This document shows, piece after piece, positions 1 through 9,237 of a stretch of DNA of 32,000 bases. The notes beneath the pieces are model-generated. The model did no database searches and was not told the DNA's origin. It saw nothing but the letters and a program-made list of their open reading frames with translations. How positions within the stretch are numbered: position 1 is the stretch's first letter; each line of letters begins with the position of its first letter. The DNA is taken from NCBI RefSeq assembly GCF_000011465.1, contig NC_005072.1, positions 840,001 to 872,000 on the forward strand. Reading direction: 5' to 3'. A program made the translations under genes and the position numbers. Source of the DNA: Prochlorococcus marinus subsp. pastoris str. CCMP1986 (GTDB taxonomy: Bacteria; Cyanobacteriota; Cyanobacteriia; PCC-6307; Cyanobiaceae).

Positions 1-917
1 TAGAAATAATTCCTTTAAGTATTCTTAATAGACCAAGAGTTGATGTTACTTTAAGAATCTCGGGTATGTTTAGGGATGCATTTCCTCAATTAATATCTTT
101 AGTTTACAAAGCTGTAAAATTAGTTTCTCAACTTGACGAAGATAAAAAATTAAATCCAATTTCAGCATCTTATAAAGACGGAGATTCTTTAAATCGAATT
201 TTTGGTTCTGCACCTGGATCATATGGAGCTGGATTGCAAGAACTTATATCTAATTCTAGTTGGGAAAATAAAAATGATTTTGCTGATTCTTATTTAAACT
301 GGAGTAAGTGGATATATTCTGATGGAAATGAACCTATCGAAAACAAAAAAGAATTAGAAAAAGCGCTTAAAAATATTCAAGTAGTTATTCATAATCAAGA
401 TAACAGAGAACATGATATTTTGGATTCTGATGATTATTATCAATTTCAAGGAGGAATATCATCAGCAATAAATAAACTACAAGGCAAATTTCCCGAAATA
501 TATCATGGTGATTTATCAAAATATCGTTTATCTAAAATAAATAAATTAAGCTATGAAATAAATAAGGTTATTAGGACAAGAGTGCTTAATCCAAAATGGA
601 TTGATGGAATGAAGGAAAACGGATATAAAGGTGCCTTTGAGTTTTCTGCAACGCTCGATTATTTATATGCTTATGATGCCACAACGGAAATCGTATCTGA
701 TTGGTGTTATACCCAAATATATAATTCTTGGATATGTAATGAGAAACTTAAAAAGTTTTTTATCGAGAATAATCCATGGGCCTTAAGAGATCTATCCCAA
801 AGATTTCTTGAGATTATTAATAGAGAAATGTGGAATGACCATACTCCAGAAATATTAGAAAATTTAAAAAAGATTGTTAATATGGCTGATGCCAACATTG
901 AGAAAAACGAATACTAG
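1..917 (+). CDS. cobN: Cobaltochelatase subunit CobN, C-terminal fragment (5' end lies outside the window)
   Basis: The frame of ORF 66..917 stays open back to nt 3 (EIIPLSILNRPRVDVTLRISGMFRDAFPQ...), so the gene enters from the left edge. The block NPKWIDGMKENGYKGAFEFSATLDYLYAYDATT matches my recollection of CobN rather than Mg-chelatase ChlH. Confidence 0.85.
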   Translation, partial: EIIPLSILNRPRVDVTLRISGMFRDAFPQLISLVYKAVKLVSQLDEDKKLNPISASYKDGDSLNRIFGSAPGSYGAGLQELISNSSWENKNDFADSYLNWSKWIYSDGNEPIENKKELEKALKNIQVVIHNQDNREHDILDSDDYYQFQGGISSAINKLQGKFPEIYHGDLSKYRLSKINKLSYEINKVIRTRVLNPKWIDGMKENGYKGAFEFSATLDYLYAYDATTEIVSDWCYTQIYNSWICNEKLKKFFIENNPWALRDLSQRFLEIINREMWNDHTPEILENLKKIVNMADANIEKNEY

Positions 918-918
918 T

Positions 919-1566
919 TTATCTGCCCAATAATGAATATCCATGACTATCTGTTCCGCAGGTTTTAAGCATATTAAGGCTTTCTGTTATTTTATTTATC
1001 TCTGAACATACAAAATTACTTGGTTGCCATCTTTCTCTTAAATCATAATCGTACCAAACCTCAATCCCATCAACTCCCTGCTTATTAGCTTCAGGGATAA
1101 GTTTATAAAAGGGAATTCTGTACCTCGCTGGATGTGCAAGAAAAGATAACCCTCCTGATAATCTGATTGCTTTTGTTACCGAATTGATGTGTAAATCATT
1201 CCCAATTGGGGACTCACCTTGAATATAAGGTGTTAGATTTGTACTTTTTATATTAATTCCTAATCCAATAACGTGAACTAAGCATCCAAGAAGTAAACAA
1301 TTTATTTCAATTCCTGAAATTAGTTTAAAAGAATCAGTTGGATATTTTTCAAGTATATTATTTTGTTCAATAAAATCATGTGCTTTAACAGTGTGATGAT
1401 CTGTTATGGATATAAATTTTATTTTATTAATAAAGGCTTGATCTAATAATTGTTCTGGATCAAAGCTCCCATCACTAAATTTCGTATGACAATGAAAATT
1501 AACTAAGCCTGGACAGCTTTCTTTATTTATATTTGCTGTTATTTTTATTAAATCTTGCTTATCCAT
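919..1566 (-). CDS. PHP-domain metal-dependent phosphoesterase (TrpH/YciV-like)
   Basis: The N-terminal HCHTKFSDGS (H-x-H..SDG) plus ITDHHT, LAHPARY and GTDSHG His/Asp-rich motifs are typical of PHP phosphoesterases. The ATG at 1566 overlaps the hemJ stop by 8 nt. Confidence 0.8.
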   Translation of the reverse strand: MDKQDLIKITANINKESCPGLVNFHCHTKFSDGSFDPEQLLDQAFINKIKFISITDHHTVKAHDFIEQNNILEKYPTDSFKLISGIEINCLLLGCLVHVIGLGINIKSTNLTPYIQGESPIGNDLHINSVTKAIRLSGGLSFLAHPARYRIPFYKLIPEANKQGVDGIEVWYDYDLRERWQPSNFVCSEINKITESLNMLKTCGTDSHGYSLLGR

Positions 1567-2158
1567 TCTTTAGAGATTCTTCATTTTTTTTTCTGATCTT
1601 TGCATATAACTGAATAGATAAAAGCATAAATATTATTAGTCCAAATACACTCCATGTCGCAATACTGGTGGGGAAATTATTTTTAAAAATAACTAATAGG
1701 ACAATTACAAATAACAATAATGTAGGAAGTTCATTTAGTAATCTAAGGTTTTTTGCAGATATTTTTGAAGTACCATTCTGTAAAGAGTTCATTATTTTAT
1801 AACAGTAAACATGATATATGACTAAGCCCAAAACAAAAGAAATTTTTATCTGAAGCCATTTTTCGCTGAGCCATCCAGGTTGCATAATTACTAAACAGAT
1901 AGCCATACTTAAAGCCAGTATCATTCCTGGAGTAGTAATAATATTTGCAAGCCTTTTTTCCATCAAGGAATATTGATCATTAAACGCAATCTTCAAATCA
2001 TCTTGCATGGTTCTTGACTCTTCATGATATATAAAAAGCCTAACTAAATAAAAAAGGCCAGAAAACCATACAATTACACCAATGATGTGAAGAGACTTAA
2101 ACCATAAATATGCTTCTGATGACAAATTAATAAAATATAATTCATAAACTATTACCAA
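1559..2158 (-). CDS. hemJ: HemJ-type protoporphyrinogen IX oxidase (Slr1790/UPF0093 family membrane protein)
   Basis: Multi-pass membrane protein. AYLWFKSLHIIGVIVWFSGLFYLVRLFIYH closely resembles the N-terminus I recall for Synechocystis Slr1790/HemJ. There is no in-frame ATG before codon 51, so the start must be TTG (2158, or the in-frame TTG at 2125). Confidence 0.8.
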   Translation of the reverse strand: MVIVYELYFINLSSEAYLWFKSLHIIGVIVWFSGLFYLVRLFIYHEESRTMQDDLKIAFNDQYSLMEKRLANIITTPGMILALSMAICLVIMQPGWLSEKWLQIKISFVLGLVIYHVYCYKIMNSLQNGTSKISAKNLRLLNELPTLLLFVIVLLVIFKNNFPTSIATWSVFGLIIFMLLSIQLYAKIRKKNEESLKNG

Positions 2159-2213
2159 TATAAATACTTATTTAATAGTGAATAATTTTAAATTTATAAA
2201 AATTAATCAATAT

Positions 2214-4184
2214 TTATAACTCATTAAAGTAATTATAAATATCATTTGCTGAATGCATACCAAGACCTTTAACTTTTGAAAGTTCTTCTCTGCTTGCAAT
2301 TCTAATTGCATCAATTGAATTGAAATGCTCAAGCAAATCTTTAATACGTGAAGGTCCTAAACCTGGTATTTGGGATAATTGAGATCTATTCATTCGAGCA
2401 GATCTTTTATTTCTATGAAATGATAATGCAAATCTATGTGCTTCATCTCTTACTCTTCGAAGTAATAGAAGTCCTTTTTGATTTTGATCAGTATCAAGAG
2501 ATTTTGAAAAACCTGGTATGAATATCTCTTCATTTTTTTTGGCTAAAGAACATATATTAACTTCTTCATGTAAATCTAATTGTGTTAATGCCTTCAATGC
2601 TGCATTTAATTGTCCTTTTCCGCCATCTATCATAATCAAATCTGGCCAATCCGTTAGAAGATCATTTTCTAATGTACTTTTTTTCTTATCTTGTAAGGAA
2701 CTAATGTCTCCACCATCAATTTTAAATTTTGACCATTTTTTAAATCTTCTGTATATAACCTCATAAATTGAGGCAAAATCATCACTATGCCCAATAAATA
2801 TATTCGGATCTTTAATCTTATATTTTCTATAATTTTGTTTGGATGGAATACCATCTATAAAGACTACTTGTGATGCTACAGGATCTGTTCCTTGTATATG
2901 ACTAATATCATATCCTTCAATTCTTCTAGGCTGGTTAGTTAATTCAAGTATTTGAGTCAAGTCTTCTATTGAAGATTCATTATCTTGAATTCCATTTAAT
3001 ATCCTCTCTAATTCTAATTTTGCATTTTTTAAAACCATTTCAACAGTTTCAAACTTTTTATTTCTTTTTGGGATAATTAACTTAACCTTTTTCTGCCTTA
3101 ATTCACTTAACCATTCTTCAATTGTATTATGTTTTGGAAGATTAAATTGCAATAAAATTTCTGATGGTATTTCAACTCCTTCAACATTAATGTAGTGCTC
3201 TTCTAATACTCTTTGTAGTATCTCTGTCTCATCACTATTATCAATTTTTTGAGTATATCCAATTCTTCCTATTAATTTACCAGACCTCATTTGAAAAATT
3301 TGAATACTAGAGATGTTATTTTCAGAAACAATGCCAAAAATATCTCTATTAATTGATGAGTCTGGTATCGATATTTTTTGAGATTCAGTTAATAATTTTA
3401 AACCTGAAATTTGATCTCTTATTTTAGCAGCATTTTCAAATTCTAAATCATTGGAATATTGATTCATTTTTCGTTCTAGAAAAACCTCTAGATCATCGTT
3501 CCTTCCTTGGAAAATCATAGATACTTGCTTCATAGTTTTTTTATAATCTTCTGAGGATATTATTTCTTGACAAACACCTGGACATCTCCCAATTGAATAA
3601 TTTAAGCAAGTTCTATCTTTATAAACAGGACGAGGTCTTTGTCTTAACGGAAATATTTTTTTTATTATGAATAATGTTTTTCTTAATAATCCAACATCAA
3701 CATAAGGTCCATAATATCTATCAAAATTATTTCTATTTCTCCTTTTTCTTGTTATAAAAATTCTTGGATATTGTTCGCTCCATGTAATGCAAAGATATGG
3801 ATATTTTTTATCATCTTTTAATAGAATATTAAAATAAGGTTTATTAGTTTTAATTAAATTTGATTCTAAATTTAAAGCTTCATACTCGCTATCTGTAACT
3901 ATAATTTCTATTTCAGTTATTTGTCTAACCATTAGACTTAATCTGGGTGACAGTTCAGCATAATTATTAAAGTAACTACTGACCCTATTTCTTAGTGTTT
4001 TAGATTTGCCTATATAAAGTAAATTATTATCAATATCTTTAAAAAGATAACAACCAGATGACTTTGGTATTTCAGATAATCTTGATTTTAATAAGTCCTT
4101 ATTTTTAATAAGTTTATATTCAATTTTAAAATTATATTTTTTATCCAATACTTTAGTAGAAACTTTTGTTGAAGGATTAATCAT
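2214..4184 (-). CDS. uvrC: Excinuclease ABC subunit C
   Basis: 656 aa. It has an N-terminal GIY-YIG module (GCYLFKDIDNNLLYIGKSKTLRNRVSSYF), a central UvrC/endonuclease region (DISHIQG, DGGKGQL) and a C-terminal helix-hairpin-helix (IPGLGPSRIKDLL...VKGLG). Confidence 0.95.
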   Translation of the reverse strand: MINPSTKVSTKVLDKKYNFKIEYKLIKNKDLLKSRLSEIPKSSGCYLFKDIDNNLLYIGKSKTLRNRVSSYFNNYAELSPRLSLMVRQITEIEIIVTDSEYEALNLESNLIKTNKPYFNILLKDDKKYPYLCITWSEQYPRIFITRKRRNRNNFDRYYGPYVDVGLLRKTLFIIKKIFPLRQRPRPVYKDRTCLNYSIGRCPGVCQEIISSEDYKKTMKQVSMIFQGRNDDLEVFLERKMNQYSNDLEFENAAKIRDQISGLKLLTESQKISIPDSSINRDIFGIVSENNISSIQIFQMRSGKLIGRIGYTQKIDNSDETEILQRVLEEHYINVEGVEIPSEILLQFNLPKHNTIEEWLSELRQKKVKLIIPKRNKKFETVEMVLKNAKLELERILNGIQDNESSIEDLTQILELTNQPRRIEGYDISHIQGTDPVASQVVFIDGIPSKQNYRKYKIKDPNIFIGHSDDFASIYEVIYRRFKKWSKFKIDGGDISSLQDKKKSTLENDLLTDWPDLIMIDGGKGQLNAALKALTQLDLHEEVNICSLAKKNEEIFIPGFSKSLDTDQNQKGLLLLRRVRDEAHRFALSFHRNKRSARMNRSQLSQIPGLGPSRIKDLLEHFNSIDAIRIASREELSKVKGLGMHSANDIYNYFNEL

Positions 4185-4193
4185 CTATAATTT

Positions 4194-4682
4194 CTAACCT
4201 CCGTAGTTCCATCCCGTAGAATTTAAATTTAACGAATCAACATCATTATTTAAATAAGCAGATAAAACTTCACCAACAAAAACTGTATGATCACCATACA
4301 TAACATTTCCTACAACCTTACATTCGACACCACCAACACTATCAACTAATATTGGTAATCCAAATTCTCCCAAATTAAATTCGACAGATTCAAATCTTCC
4401 TCCAAGGGCTTTTTGTGGTTTAAAAAAGACGGCTGCTAAATCCTTTTGATCACTTTTCAGAACATTTAAAGAAAACGTTCCAGTATTTTTAATTATTTCA
4501 TGACTGGATCCTTCAGCTCTTACTGCCATAACAACTAGGGGAGGGGTAAAGGAACCTTGTGTAACCCAGCTAGCAGTAAAGCCATTTACTTCATTAGTCT
4601 CATCATCTTTCACTCCGCAAATAAACAATCCATGTGGAATTTTTCTTAATAAGATTTTTTTTGCTTCAAGATTTAATGTCAT
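4194..4682 (-). CDS. Flavin reductase-like FMN-binding domain protein
   Basis: The size (about 160 aa) and sequence (GLFICGVKDD..NGFTASWVTQGSFTPPLVVMAV ... GDHTVFVGEV) fit the flavin-reductase-like split-barrel family. The track ORF begins at a TTG (4715), but I prefer the ATG at 4682 (MTLNLEAKK). A 9-nt gap separates it from uvrC downstream. Confidence 0.7.
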   Translation of the reverse strand: MTLNLEAKKILLRKIPHGLFICGVKDDETNEVNGFTASWVTQGSFTPPLVVMAVRAEGSSHEIIKNTGTFSLNVLKSDQKDLAAVFFKPQKALGGRFESVEFNLGEFGLPILVDSVGGVECKVVGNVMYGDHTVFVGEVLSAYLNNDVDSLNLNSTGWNYGG

Positions 4683-4741
4683 AATTGATTTAACTAATAT
4701 ACATATTTTAACCAAATATTATTTCTAATCATAATTAAATT

Positions 4742-5221
4742 ATGAAAATACTTTACCCAGGTACATTTGATCCTTTAACAAATGGACATCTAGATTTAAT
4801 ACAAAGAGCTGAAAAATTATTTGGAAATGTAGTTGTTGCTGTTCTAGAAAATACTAGTAAAAAACCAACCTTTAATCTTAATAAAAGATTAGTACAAATA
4901 AAAAATGCTGTATCTCATCTATCAAATATCAGTGTTATTTCCTATGAGGGTCTCACAGTCGATTGTGCAAAAGAAGTTAACGCAAATTTAATATTAAGAG
5001 GGCTAAGAGCTATGAGTGATTTTGAATATGAACTTCAAATAGCACATACAAATAAATCTCTTAATACTGAAATAGAAACCATTTTTCTTTCTACTAATAC
5101 AAACTATAGTTTTTTAAGTAGTTCCTTGGTTAAAGAGGTTGCTAAATTTGGAGGTGAAATAGATCACATGGTACCTGATTCCGTAGAAAGAGATCTAAAG
5201 AATTATTTTAAAAAAGATTAA
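4742..5221 (+). CDS. coaD: Phosphopantetheine adenylyltransferase
   Basis: 159 aa. It carries the nucleotidyltransferase signature [16 protein letters not shown] and the conserved ISSSLVKE-like C-terminal block (LSSSLVKEV). Confidence 0.95.
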   Translation: MKILYPGTFDPLTNGHLDLIQRAEKLFGNVVVAVLENTSKKPTFNLNKRLVQIKNAVSHLSNISVISYEGLTVDCAKEVNANLILRGLRAMSDFEYELQIAHTNKSLNTEIETIFLSTNTNYSFLSSSLVKEVAKFGGEIDHMVPDSVERDLKNYFKKD

Positions 5222-6447
5222 ACACATTCTTCCAATTTATATATGTTTTTTAACAGGGTAAATGTCTTATCCCTATCTATATTTTCTGAGTTTTGGATAA
5301 TACTTATAACTATAGGTTTCTCATCCTTATATAGATATCCTGATAACGCAAATACATTTGATAGAGTACCTGTTTTCCCAAAAAACTTACCTTGTAATTC
5401 TGAGTTTATAAATCTCTTAGCTAAAGTTCCTCTAACCCCAACAATTGATAGTGAAGACTTGAAGGTACTAAAGTTTTTTGCATATTTCATCTTATTCAAA
5501 AATTCTGATATTAATTTTGTTGTCACTCTATTGTTTCTAGAAAGACCACTTGCATCTGAAAAAGTCAAATTATCAACTTTTAAACCTCTGTTTTTCAACC
5601 AATATTTTAATGTAATATACTCATTCTCATTCCAAGAATTTGATGCATTTTTAAAAAGTGATTCTGCCGTGAAGTTATGACTTTCGGAATTTGCTAATGT
5701 TATCAACGACAATAGTGGATTAGAAGTAATTGTATCCAATTCAATATATGAATTCAAATAATATTTTTCAGAATTATCTACAATGTCTATATTTATTGAT
5801 GCATATGGGAATTTTTTAAAAATATAATTTTCTATAGTCTTTTTTAAGTATTCAATATTTTCATATTTACTCTCATTGCTATTTAATGCCAAGGTTGTAA
5901 TAGGAGCTCCGTAATCGTATTGCTTATCAATATTTGTCCAACCTTTTGGCCAATAATATTTAGAATCTATTTCTAAGATATTTAAATTGATTTTATTACT
6001 GTAAGTGATATTAGATAGTAATTTATAAATATCAGAATAGTTAAGATCTGGATCTCCTTGACCTAATAAATAATATTTATCATTACCCTTTCTAAATATT
6101 GACGTTTGAAAACTTCTTGAGGGTTTGAATTTATTTAATACATATGCTGTGCTAAATAACTTTAAATTTGAAGCTGGTATTCTTAACATATCATCATTAT
6201 ATGAACTTATAAGAACACCATTCTCATTAATAATGGATACGCTAAAAGTCTTATCAAGCGATTTAAATAATAATTCATCATACTTTATACACTTTTTGTT
6301 ATTCCTAATTATTGCTGGAGAATTAAAATATATGTTATTTAATAATTTACTTTTTTGAGTATTTAATAAATTCCATATTAAAAGGGGAAAACTTAATAAG
6401 CCAAAAATTAAAATTATATAAAAATAAAATTTTCTAAAAACTTTCAA
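5218..6447 (-). CDS. dacB: D-alanyl-D-alanine carboxypeptidase/endopeptidase, PBP4 family
   Basis: It has an N-terminal TM/signal segment and the penicillin-binding motifs ASNLK (SxxK), [10 protein letters not shown] (PBP4-like DGSGLS block) and KTGTL (KTG). The first in-frame ATG sits just before the SxxK motif, so the TTG at 6447 is the likely start. Confidence 0.8.
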   Translation of the reverse strand: MKVFRKFYFYIILIFGLLSFPLLIWNLLNTQKSKLLNNIYFNSPAIIRNNKKCIKYDELLFKSLDKTFSVSIINENGVLISSYNDDMLRIPASNLKLFSTAYVLNKFKPSRSFQTSIFRKGNDKYYLLGQGDPDLNYSDIYKLLSNITYSNKINLNILEIDSKYYWPKGWTNIDKQYDYGAPITTLALNSNESKYENIEYLKKTIENYIFKKFPYASINIDIVDNSEKYYLNSYIELDTITSNPLLSLITLANSESHNFTAESLFKNASNSWNENEYITLKYWLKNRGLKVDNLTFSDASGLSRNNRVTTKLISEFLNKMKYAKNFSTFKSSLSIVGVRGTLAKRFINSELQGKFFGKTGTLSNVFALSGYLYKDEKPIVISIIQNSENIDRDKTFTLLKNIYKLEECV

Positions 6448-6449
6448 AA

Positions 6450-7097
6450 CTATAAATTTACAAAAATAGTTTCATTATCAGGTCTCTCTTCAAATTCTTT
6501 TTTAAATAAATATCTTTTATTAATTTCTTTAAAAAGTAACCAATTATTTGGATAAGAATGCATTAATGCACCATTATCAATTGGTTGAAGAAAGTAAACG
6601 TTATACCAAGTTTTTACAAAGTTTTTTCTTCTTTCTCTTATTACACTTCCTATCCCAATATTTGCATCTTCAAATTTTGGATTTAAAGAATAATGCAAAC
6701 CTTTAAAGTTATCACACATTGGTTCGAATGTATCAAAATCGTAAGGTTGAGGAAGTATCGATATCAAGATTGATTCATCTTTATCGACATAAATGGATTC
6801 ATTAAAACCTTTAAATGTAAAAATATTTTCTTTAATATCTGGATAATCCCTCTGAGCCAAAGCTACAGCTCCTGGATCAGAATAAGTAATAAAAACATTT
6901 TTTTTTATTTTTTTATTATTATAATAATTTGCAAGAATCTTATAAATAGTTATACCTATTTTATTAAATTTCAATCCCTCGAAATTAAATTCAACAGTAA
7001 ATCGAAAACTTGATAGTTTTAAACTAGAGATTATTGAATTTTCAAGATTTTTTAAGGCATCATTAAGATCCTTAGGTAACACATAAATAGTATTCAT
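6450..7097 (-). CDS. Conserved hypothetical protein, probably DUF1995 family
   Basis: Long ORF with normal codon texture. The N-terminal LPKDLNDALKNL.. followed by a beta-alpha-like repeat pattern resembles what I recall of DUF1995, but the family call is from memory only. The preferred start is the ATG at 7097, which forms TAATG with the upstream stop. The track start at 7115 is also an ATG. Confidence 0.65.
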   Translation of the reverse strand: MNTIYVLPKDLNDALKNLENSIISSLKLSSFRFTVEFNFEGLKFNKIGITIYKILANYYNNKKIKKNVFITYSDPGAVALAQRDYPDIKENIFTFKGFNESIYVDKDESILISILPQPYDFDTFEPMCDNFKGLHYSLNPKFEDANIGIGSVIRERRKNFVKTWYNVYFLQPIDNGALMHSYPNNWLLFKEINKRYLFKKEFEERPDNETIFVNL

Positions 7098-8269
7098 TAG
7101 AATTTTTTTATACAAATTTGAATTAGTTTAAATAATCTATCTATATCAGACTTCTTATTCATAGATCCTAAACTAACACGAATGTTTGAATAAAGTTGAT
7201 TACTATCATATCCCATATTTTCAAGAGTAAGACTATGTTTTCCTGAGGAGCTAGAACATGCACTACCACTACTTATAGCTACATTATTATCAGACATATA
7301 ATTAATAACTTTATAAGCTTTTATTGGTTCTAATTTCTTATTAAATAAAAGAAATGATATGTGATTTGGAAGTCTTTCAGTACTACTACCTGTAATTTTA
7401 ATATTTGGATTATTAGTTATTTTATTTATAAAATATTTACTAAGCAGTACTTTTTTATTATTTTCGAACTCGGCATTATACGAATTGAATTTAATTCTTC
7501 CCTTAATATTTTTTATTGACTGATACATTCCGGCTATTAATGGCAAAGGAGTTGTTCCTTGTCTTATTGAATATTCTTGAGAAAGTGAAATATCATTATT
7601 TTTTAATAACAATCTAGATTTTGAATTCGTCAATAGCAATCCTATGCCTTTAGGACCCCCAAATTTATGTGCGGATAAACTTAATAGATCACAGTTAAGT
7701 TCTTTCCAATTAAAAATACCGTTATTTAATATCTGTGTCCCATCGATATGAAATAAAATATCAAATTCCTTGCATTTAGTTCCAACTAATTGGACAGGTT
7801 GTAAAGTGCCTACTTCACTCTGACCCCAAATAAGCGAAACAAGATTTGTGTTATTTTTAATTACTTCATTAATGTTTGATATATTTATAATTCCATCTCT
7901 ATTAACTGGCCATTTATAGATTTCCCACCCTTTTCTTTTTAGCTTATTTGCTGAAATTATTGTGGCTTGATGTTCAACATTAGAGATAACAACTCTTCCA
8001 CACTTATATTTATCACTAAGATTACTAAATACTAATGATGTCGATTCTGAAGAGCCTGATGTAAAAACAATATCTTCGGTATTTGCATTTAAAATCTTTG
8101 CTATTTTAAGTCTTATTTTCTCTAAGTATGTCGCACATCTAATTCCATATTTATAAGTTGAGGATGAATTACTCCAATAGTTTTTGTATGTAGAATTTAT
8201 TTTATTTAATACATTCTTAGATAATGGAGTAGTAGATGCATTATCAAGATAAATATACTTATTGTCCAT
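7097..8269 (-). CDS. Cysteine desulfurase, class V aminotransferase (NifS/IscS-like)
   Basis: PLP-lysine motif SLSAHKFGGPKGIG and active-site cysteine loop SSGSACSS near the C-terminus. 390 aa. The ATG at 8269 directly abuts the dapF stop (TAGATG). Confidence 0.85.
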   Translation of the reverse strand: MDNKYIYLDNASTTPLSKNVLNKINSTYKNYWSNSSSTYKYGIRCATYLEKIRLKIAKILNANTEDIVFTSGSSESTSLVFSNLSDKYKCGRVVISNVEHQATIISANKLKRKGWEIYKWPVNRDGIINISNINEVIKNNTNLVSLIWGQSEVGTLQPVQLVGTKCKEFDILFHIDGTQILNNGIFNWKELNCDLLSLSAHKFGGPKGIGLLLTNSKSRLLLKNNDISLSQEYSIRQGTTPLPLIAGMYQSIKNIKGRIKFNSYNAEFENNKKVLLSKYFINKITNNPNIKITGSSTERLPNHISFLLFNKKLEPIKAYKVINYMSDNNVAISSGSACSSSSGKHSLTLENMGYDSNQLYSNIRVSLGSMNKKSDIDRLFKLIQICIKKF

Positions 8270-9130
8270 CTACTTTAGAATATATGTTCCAGAAAAAACT
8301 TTTTTTGCATTACCAGTCATCAAAATTTCATCTTCTGATCTAGACCAATTAATTATAAGATTACCTCCTGGTAGATTTATTACTGTTTTTGAATTACATA
8401 AACCTAGTTTGTATGCTGCCACATGTACAGCACAAGCTCCTGTTCCACAAGCTAATGTTGCTCCTGCTCCTCTTTCCCATACACGTACGTTAATATTATC
8501 TCTATTTATTATTTGGGAAAAATGAACATTTGTTTTTTCAGGAAATAATTCATGTTTTTCAAACACTGGACCTAATAGTGAAAGTGATATTTTAGTGATA
8601 TCTTGAAGAAAAAATATCAAATGTGGATTTCCCATCCCCACGGCATATCCCTGTTGTTCAAAATTCTTTTCTTTAAAGAGGCATGAAGGAATTGAATTGA
8701 TTTTTGTATCTATTTTTGTTGGAATGGATTTAGTTTCTAATATTGGTTTTCCCATTTTTACAGTAATTTCGCCATTATTATATTGAGCAATTTTTATACC
8801 AGCTTTTGTTTCGATCCTATATTCAGAAACGCTATAAGAACCTTTATTGAAATTGTGTAGATATTGAACTAAACACCTGATACCATTTCCACACATTTGT
8901 GCCTCCGAACCATCTGAATTATAGATAATCATCTTTGCGTAATTATTTCTATCAGGTTCCAATATGAAAATTACGCCATCACCACCTATACCAAATTGTC
9001 GATCACATAAATTTTTTATATCGATTTTTTTATCAGATAGAAATTTTTTGTAAATATTACTATTTCTGGAATCAATTATTATAAAATCATTGCCATTACC
9101 ATGATATTTTTCAAATATTATATTGTTCAT
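8270..9130 (-). CDS. dapF: Diaminopimelate epimerase
   Basis: YHGNGNDFIIID N-terminal motif and both catalytic cysteine motifs (AQMCGNGIRC and LACGTGACA). 286 aa. Confidence 0.95.
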   Translation of the reverse strand: MNNIIFEKYHGNGNDFIIIDSRNSNIYKKFLSDKKIDIKNLCDRQFGIGGDGVIFILEPDRNNYAKMIIYNSDGSEAQMCGNGIRCLVQYLHNFNKGSYSVSEYRIETKAGIKIAQYNNGEITVKMGKPILETKSIPTKIDTKINSIPSCLFKEKNFEQQGYAVGMGNPHLIFFLQDITKISLSLLGPVFEKHELFPEKTNVHFSQIINRDNINVRVWERGAGATLACGTGACAVHVAAYKLGLCNSKTVINLPGGNLIINWSRSEDEILMTGNAKKVFSGTYILK

Positions 9131-9237
9131 TTAATAATATCTATCTAATAAATTTTAATTATAAAATAAAGCTTTTAACAATCTATTTCTTTTTATAGAA
9201 TCAATATTAAAATAAAATTTTACTAAATCTAAAATAA

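Noticed and set aside
4683-4715. TTG-initiated 11-codon extension of the flavin-reductase-like ORF. The same issue applies to 7098-7115 for DUF1995 and 26825-26851 for DUF3593.
   Set aside because: In each case an in-frame ATG just downstream gives a classic coupled junction or a more sensible spacer. The extensions have no conserved-looking sequence.
5243-5680. 145-aa plus-strand ORF from the track.
   Set aside because: It lies entirely antisense to dacB, which has clear PBP motifs. The sequence is low-complexity and Phe/Leu/Ser-rich, as expected from reading AT-rich coding DNA backwards, and it has no recognisable motif.
8262-8525. 87-aa plus-strand ORF.
   Set aside because: It is antisense to dapF and covers the region encoding the second catalytic Cys motif. 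It is an Ala/Pro-rich mirror-frame artefact.
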